NCBI GenBank assembly: GCA_035063585.1
Contig: JAPSGB010000008.1
Span: 64,001-128,000 of the forward strand
Length of the DNA: 64,000 bases
Origin: Polyangiaceae bacterium
GTDB taxonomy: Bacteria; Myxococcota_A; Polyangia; Polyangiales; Polyangiaceae
Reading direction: 5' to 3'
Shown: in pieces, positions 59,063 to 64,000 of the stretch
How positions within the stretch are numbered: the stretch's first letter is position 1
How the letters are laid out: every line of letters starts with the position of its first letter
The notes under the pieces: model-generated
Database searches by the model: none
Told to the model about the DNA's origin: nothing
What the model saw: only the letters and a program-made list of their open reading frames with translations
Program-made: the position numbers and the translations under genes

Positions 59063-60169
59063 ATGACAGCGAAGCTCTTGGTGGTTGGGGCGATTCTGTT
59101 GGCGGCCGCAGGCTGTGACAAGCAGCGGGCCGCGCCCGACGAGCAGGGGGCCGCTCCGCCGCCCATCGAGAGCTCGAAGCCGGGCGTGTGCGCGAGCGGC
59201 GGAGGCACCGTGACCGACGCGGAGAGCGCCGGGTTCTTCCCGCGGGCGGTGGGGGACTACTGCATCGATCCGAACGGCGAGACGCGCGCGTACGGTGAGG
59301 GCGCGAGCGGCACGCTCGACAAGGTCTGCACCGAGCTCTTCGATGGCGAGTGCGAGGTCTACAAGAGCTACGGCCTCGAGCGGGTGGTCACGCTGCGCTA
59401 CGTGGACGGCAAGGGCTCGCCCGGTTCGGTGTCGGTGAACCTGTCTCGGTTCGCGACCAAGGACGGCGCGTACGGGTTCTTCACCAAGCGGGTGGTCGCC
59501 GACGCCGACCCCGCCGAGAACGCTCCGGCCAGCCTCGACGCGGGAGGCGCGGGCGCGCTCGGGACCGGTATCGCCTACGTGTGGCGAGGGCTCTACGTGG
59601 CCGAGCTGTCGTACACGAACGAGGTCGAGCCCCCGGAGCAGCTCAAGGCGAGCAGCAACCGGATCCTGCCGGGGCTCTCCTCGGCGCTCGGGAGCAAGCT
59701 CTCGGGCGACGGCGTGCCGCCGGCGGGGGTCGCCGCGCTGCCGGCGGCGAACCGGGTCGCCATGGGGATCTCCTACGACGCGCGCGACGTGCTCGGCGTC
59801 GCCGGCACCGGGCCGGGCGCGGTCGGATATTACAAGGACGGGAGCAGGCGCTGGCGAGTCGTCTCCATCGTGCGCGCCGACGAGGACTCGGCCAAGGACG
59901 TGATGAAGACCTTGAAGAAGCTCTCGGGGGCCCAGACGCTCAAGGGCACGACCTTCGACGCGGTGTCCTTCGGCTTGCGCTCGGACGACTCGAGCCCGCG
60001 GGTCGAGTGGGTGTTCGGACGGCTGGGCGCGCGCGTGGTCGGGATCGGCGACGAAGAGGCGGTGCTCGGCCAAGGCGCCGCCGCCGAGGAGCAGGCCAAG
60101 GTGGCGCTCACCGCCGAGCAGAAGCTCGAGCTCCTGAAGCGGTTGGTCGCGGGCGAACCGAAGCAGTAG
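59063..60169 (+). CDS. Lipoprotein, DUF6599-like
   Basis: Lipobox AAG-C; LFDGECEVYKSYG..GAYGFF resembles DUF6599 (from memory). Confidence 0.7.
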   Translation: MTAKLLVVGAILLAAAGCDKQRAAPDEQGAAPPPIESSKPGVCASGGGTVTDAESAGFFPRAVGDYCIDPNGETRAYGEGASGTLDKVCTELFDGECEVYKSYGLERVVTLRYVDGKGSPGSVSVNLSRFATKDGAYGFFTKRVVADADPAENAPASLDAGGAGALGTGIAYVWRGLYVAELSYTNEVEPPEQLKASSNRILPGLSSALGSKLSGDGVPPAGVAALPAANRVAMGISYDARDVLGVAGTGPGAVGYYKDGSRRWRVVSIVRADEDSAKDVMKTLKKLSGAQTLKGTTFDAVSFGLRSDDSSPRVEWVFGRLGARVVGIGDEEAVLGQGAAAEEQAKVALTAEQKLELLKRLVAGEPKQ

Positions 60170-60304
60170 CCGGGTCGCCGCTCGGGCGCTGCTGCTGGCG
60201 AACCGCGGCCGGCGTCGCGGCGCGCCCGATCGGTCACCCGAGGACGGCCGGTTTCGTGGTAAGGGGCGTTCGGTTCAGATCCCAGCAAGCCCTGGAGGAA
60301 CGAC

Positions 60305-61450
60305 GTGGACTTCGAGCTCGACGAGCAGCACGCGATCTTGCGCCAGACGGTGCGTGACTTCTGTGAGCGCGAGGTGCGCCCGCACGCCCGGGAGTGGGAC
60401 GCCGAGGAGCGCTTTCCAAAGGAAATCGTACCTCGGCTCGCCGAGCTCGGACTGCTCGGGATTCGGATCCCCGAGGAGTACGGCGGCGCCGCGATGGACA
60501 CCCTCTCGTACGCCATCTGCGTCGAGGAGTGCGCGCGCGTCGACGGCTCGCTGGCGCTGACGGTCGCCAGCCACAACGGGCTCGGCACCGGCCACATCCT
60601 CGCCTTCGGAAATGAAGCTCAGAAAGCTCGCTACTTGCCGAAGGCGGCGAGCGGAGAGTGGCTGGCCGCGTGGGGGCTCACCGAGCCCGGCTCGGGGTCG
60701 GATAGCGCCGGCATGCAGACGACCGCCGTGCGCGACGGCGACGAGTGGCTCTTGAACGGCACCAAGATGTTCATCACGCAGGGCTCGGTCGGCGGGTTCT
60801 GCGTGGTGCTCGCGCGCTCCAACAAGGACGTGCCGCCGCAGCGCGGGATCACCGCGTTCATCGTCGACCAGGGCACGCCGGGGTTCCGCGCCAGCAAGAA
60901 GCTCGAGAAGTACGGCTGTCGCTCGAGCGATACGGTGGAGCTCTCGCTCGAGAACGTCCGCGTCAGCGACGCGCAACGTCTCGGCGCCGTCGATCACGGA
61001 TTCTACGACACGATGAGCATCCTCGATCGCGGGCGCATCTCGATCGCGGCGATGGCGCTCGGTCTCGGACGAGGCGCCATCGAGCTCGCGACGCGCTACG
61101 CGAAGGATCGGCAAGCCTTCGGGCGGCCCATCGCGGACTACCAGGCGATCCAGTGGATGCTGGCCGACGCGCACACCGAGCTCGACGCGGCCGAGCTCCT
61201 CATACACCGCGCCGCGTGGCTCTGCGATCTCGGGCGTCCTTACGGTAAGGAAGCGGCGATGGCGAAGCTGTTCGCCAGCGAGGCCGCGACCAAGGCGTGC
61301 AATGACGCGCTCCAGATCCACGGCGGCTACGGCTACACGCGCGAGTTCGACGTCGAGCGCCACCTGCGCGACGTGAAGCTCTGCGAGATCGGCGAGGGCA
61401 CGAGCCAGGTGCAGCGACTGGTCATCGCGCGACAGCTCCTGCGCGCCTGA
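60305..61450 (+). CDS. Acyl-CoA dehydrogenase
   Basis: PEEYGG, LTEPGSGSD, NGTKMFIT, RQAFG, QIHGGYGY, IGEGTSQ. Confidence 0.95.
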   Translation: MDFELDEQHAILRQTVRDFCEREVRPHAREWDAEERFPKEIVPRLAELGLLGIRIPEEYGGAAMDTLSYAICVEECARVDGSLALTVASHNGLGTGHILAFGNEAQKARYLPKAASGEWLAAWGLTEPGSGSDSAGMQTTAVRDGDEWLLNGTKMFITQGSVGGFCVVLARSNKDVPPQRGITAFIVDQGTPGFRASKKLEKYGCRSSDTVELSLENVRVSDAQRLGAVDHGFYDTMSILDRGRISIAAMALGLGRGAIELATRYAKDRQAFGRPIADYQAIQWMLADAHTELDAAELLIHRAAWLCDLGRPYGKEAAMAKLFASEAATKACNDALQIHGGYGYTREFDVERHLRDVKLCEIGEGTSQVQRLVIARQLLRA

Positions 61451-61503
61451 GCCGCGCGCGCTCGCCCGAGCGCGGTTCCGCGCCGGACCGACAGCCCCGG
61501 AGG

Positions 61504-61989
61504 CTACTCGGTGCGCTTGATGATGTGGAAGCCGAAGGGCGTCTCTACGAGATCCGAGAGCTGTCCGACCTCGAGCGCGAAGGCCGCGCGCGCGAAATGC
61601 GGTTCCATCTGGTCGTGCGCGAAGCGGCCGAGCGCGCCGCCGCGCTCGGCGGCGCCGGGCTCGTCGGAGTACTCGGCGGCGAGCGTGGCGAAATCCTCGC
61701 CGGCGCGGGCCCGGGCGAGCGCCTCCTCGGCGCGTGCCCGCGCCTCGGGCTTGGTGCGAGTGACGCTCGAGCCGGCGCGCATCGAGCCTCGGTACTGGAC
61801 GAGGATGTGGCTGGCCGCGATCTCGCTTGGCTGGTGCGCGCGCTCCTCCGCGCCGCTCGCGCTCGCCGGTGGCTCGGGTCGAGGCGCCACGCGCGGCGGC
61901 TCTCCCGGGCCCTCATAGGTCGTTACCACGCATCCCGCGCTCGCGAGCGCGAGGCAGAGCGAGGCGAGCCAGCGTACGGGAAGCGCCAC
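61504..61989 (-). CDS. Parvulin-type peptidyl-prolyl isomerase lipoprotein
   Basis: Lipobox [34 protein letters not shown]. Confidence 0.9.
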   Translation of the reverse strand: MALPVRWLASLCLALASAGCVVTTYEGPGEPPRVAPRPEPPASASGAEERAHQPSEIAASHILVQYRGSMRAGSSVTRTKPEARARAEEALARARAGEDFATLAAEYSDEPGAAERGGALGRFAHDQMEPHFARAAFALEVGQLSDLVETPFGFHIIKRTE

Positions 61990-62609
61990 TATCGAGCCGG
62001 GCCCGCGGGCGACGGAGGGGGCCGGAGCGGCTGGAGGCGGAAGTTACTGAGCGCCGGCTTGGTCATGTCGACCCGGGGCACCTTGCGCGCGCCCGGGCCG
62101 GGCGCCTCGTCCGCCGCGGGAGCGTCGGCGGCCGCTGGAGCGTCGGCGGCCGTCACCCCGCTCGCGCGGGAGCCCGAGACCAACCCGAGCGCGCCGACGA
62201 TCCCGAGGGCGATGAGCGCGATGAGCACGGCCCACGGCGCCCAGTCCGGAAGCCAGTCATCGCCGCTCTCGGAGGCCGCCGGGGGTTTGCGTTCGAACGA
62301 GCGTGGGAGCTTGGCCGCGACGGGGCGCTTCTGAACGGCGGGGGCCGCTTCCTCGGGCTCGTCTTCGTCGTCTTCGTCGTCTTCGTCGTCTTCGTCGTCT
62401 TCGTCGTCTTCGTCGTCTTCGTCTGCTTCGTCTGCTTCGTCTGCTTCGTCTGCTTCGTCTGCTTCGTCGACGGCTTCGGTCGCGGGCCTCCGCGCGTCGC
62501 CGGTCGCGCCCTTGGAGTCGCCCGCGCTCGCGAGGGCGCTCGGCTCCGGCTCGTCGTCGCCCTGCTGCCAGGGCGGCTTGGCGTCCGCTCGCTTCGTATC
62601 GTCAGCCAT
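61989..62609 (-). CDS. Acidic low-complexity single-TM protein
   Basis: (DEA)5(DED)7 tract, [10 protein letters not shown] helix; overlaps both neighbours. Confidence 0.7.
   Translation of the reverse strand: MADDTKRADAKPPWQQGDDEPEPSALASAGDSKGATGDARRPATEAVDEADEADEADEADEADEDDEDDEDDEDDEDDEDDEDEPEEAAPAVQKRPVAAKLPRSFERKPPAASESGDDWLPDWAPWAVLIALIALGIVGALGLVSGSRASGVTAADAPAAADAPAADEAPGPGARKVPRVDMTKPALSNFRLQPLRPPPSPAGPAR
62361..62468 (+). repeat. 9-bp tandem repeat (GTCTTCGTC)7(TGCTTCGTC)5
   Basis: Counted directly; two perfect homogeneous blocks. Confidence 0.95.
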
Positions 62610-63462
62610 TGCCGCCTCCTGCCGAGCCCGAGATCTCCGCCCAGGAGTTGGTGATCACCGCGTCGGGTCGATCCGCAGCGAACGCGCGCAGCGCGAGCCG
62701 ACCGCCGTCGAGCTTCCAGCCCTCGGTGCGGATCGTCTCGCCCGGCCACACGGGCTTGCGGAACTGCGCGTGAAACTGCGTGAGGCGATTCGCGTCCCCG
62801 CCGCACGCCTCCGCGATGACCGCGCGGGCGACGAAGCCGTAGGTGCAGAGCCCGTGTAGGATGGGTCCCTGCGGGAAGCCGACCATGGCAGCGAAACCCG
62901 GATCGGCGTGGAGCGGGTTCAGATCGCCGCTCAAGCGGTAGAGCAGCGCCTGCTCGGGCGACGTCGCGGCCTCACGAGTAAAGTCCGCCGCGCGCTCCGG
63001 CACCGCGGGCACGTCCGCCTTGGGCGGGGGCTCGCCGCCAAACCCACCCGCGCCGCGAACCAGGATCCCCCACTCGGTGTCGAACACCGGCTTGCCGTCG
63101 ATCTCCGTGCGTGTGGTGAGCGTGACCTGGGCCATCTTCTTCATGTCGTAGAGGCCGGTGACCTCGCCGGTCGTCTGCATGGTTCCCTCGGAGGGGATGG
63201 GCCGGTGCAGACGGACGCCCTGCGAGCCGTGGACCACCATGGCGAGATCGCACCGGGTCTTGCCGAGCATGTCGGCGACCGCCGCGAGCGCCGGCACCAC
63301 CGCGAAGGTCGGAAACACCTTCGGCCCCCTCGACTCGTAGAGATAGTCGAGCTCGTCCTTGCGAGCGCCGATGCCGAGCGCGTAGAGGACGACCGTCTTC
63401 CAATCGTACTTGAATTCGTAGGGTTCGGTCTTGTAGCCAGCGGCGGACGGATCGAGGCTCAT
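62602..63462 (-). CDS. MaoC/enoyl-CoA hydratase 2-type double-hotdog dehydratase
   Basis: LYALGIGA, PTFAVV, YRLSGDLNPLHADP, ILHGLCTYG, PVWPGET. Confidence 0.9.
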   Translation of the reverse strand: MSLDPSAAGYKTEPYEFKYDWKTVVLYALGIGARKDELDYLYESRGPKVFPTFAVVPALAAVADMLGKTRCDLAMVVHGSQGVRLHRPIPSEGTMQTTGEVTGLYDMKKMAQVTLTTRTEIDGKPVFDTEWGILVRGAGGFGGEPPPKADVPAVPERAADFTREAATSPEQALLYRLSGDLNPLHADPGFAAMVGFPQGPILHGLCTYGFVARAVIAEACGGDANRLTQFHAQFRKPVWPGETIRTEGWKLDGGRLALRAFAADRPDAVITNSWAEISGSAGGGNG

Positions 63463-63527
63463 CGGCGGTACTCCTTGCCGGCGAGAGCGTTAGTGACCGA
63501 GGGGCGTGAAGTCAACGGCCAGCCGAC

Positions 63528-64000
63528 ATGAGCGCCGCACCCGGACTGCTGACCACGCTCATCGCCGCGTTCGAGTCGAACGGCGTGGAGCTCCGCGCCT
63601 GGGGCCTCGCCTGGGCGCGTGTGACGCCGACCATGGTGCTGGTGCCAGCGTTCGGCCTTCGCGCGGTGCCCGGCGCGGTCCGCGCCGCGCTCGGCCTCGC
63701 GCTCGGCGCGGCGGTAGCGCCCGCGCTCCACCCGGTCGCGTCGAGCGCGTTGCCGTGGCCGGCGCTCTTGGCCGAGCAGGCCGCGCTCGGGCTCCCGGTG
63801 GCGCTCACCGCGGCCACCGCGCTCTATGTCGCGAGCATGACCGGGGGCGTCATGGATGATCTCCGCGCGGGCCGCGAGTCGGCGGCGCTACCGAACGTGG
63901 AGCCCGGCGCGACCCCGCTCGGCGCGCTCTTGGCGATGCTGGTCGCGATCGTCTTCCTCGAGACCGGCGGCCCCGCGCGGGTGGTCGAGGCGCTCGCCGA
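63528..64000 (+). CDS. SctT/FliR family type III export apparatus protein (runs off the right edge)
   Basis: Manual translation: ..LAWARVTPTMVLVPAFGLRAVPGAVRAALGLAL..EQAALGLPVAL..SMTGGVMDDLRAG..TPLGALLAMLVAIVFLETGG. Confidence 0.78.
   Translation, partial: MSAAPGLLTTLIAAFESNGVELRAWGLAWARVTPTMVLVPAFGLRAVPGAVRAALGLALGAAVAPALHPVASSALPWPALLAEQAALGLPVALTAATALYVASMTGGVMDDLRAGRESAALPNVEPGATPLGALLAMLVAIVFLETGGPARVVEALA

Noticed and set aside
1..64000. CRISPR arrays, IS/transposases, prophage, rRNA; abundant CTCGAG/GAGCTC palindromes
   Set aside because: All tandem repeats found are coding and lack spacers; no mobile-element or rRNA signatures were seen; the palindromes follow from Leu-Glu/Glu-Leu codon usage (CTC, GAG).

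Overview
Very GC-rich chromosomal window, most likely from a myxobacterium (Myxococcota, Polyangiaceae/Sorangium-like). That assignment is inferred from the Cys/Gly-rich lipoproteins, Hanks-type kinases, FHA/TPR proteins and pil genes. About 50 real CDSs are supported; most other long ORFs in the track are antisense or off-frame shadows. Core genes: mutS, hrpB, polA, ihfA-merR-ssb, aspartokinase, gcvT-gcvH-gcvPA (no gcvPB), acyl-CoA dehydrogenase, MaoC-type hydratase and mlaC. Type IV pilus genes occur in two pieces: pilC-pilS, and fimU-pilV-pilW-pilX-pilY1 with a coupled unknown lipoprotein, preceded by a sigma54-type promoter and a palindromic candidate enhancer. A truncated SctT/FliR-type export gene, missing from the ORF track, starts at the right edge. 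Less obvious signals: a kinase next to a TPR/PEGA/beta-barrel protein (possible trans-envelope signalling pair), an orphan ArsR-like operator with a decayed gene start, three proteins lacking expected catalytic residues (SDR, TlpA-like, receiver domain), a probable 1-nt frameshift in a lipoprotein signal peptide, and TANNNT boxes just before many start codons (possible leaderless mRNAs). No rRNA, tRNA, CRISPR array or transposase was seen. All family calls come from recognising motifs by eye; no database search was run.
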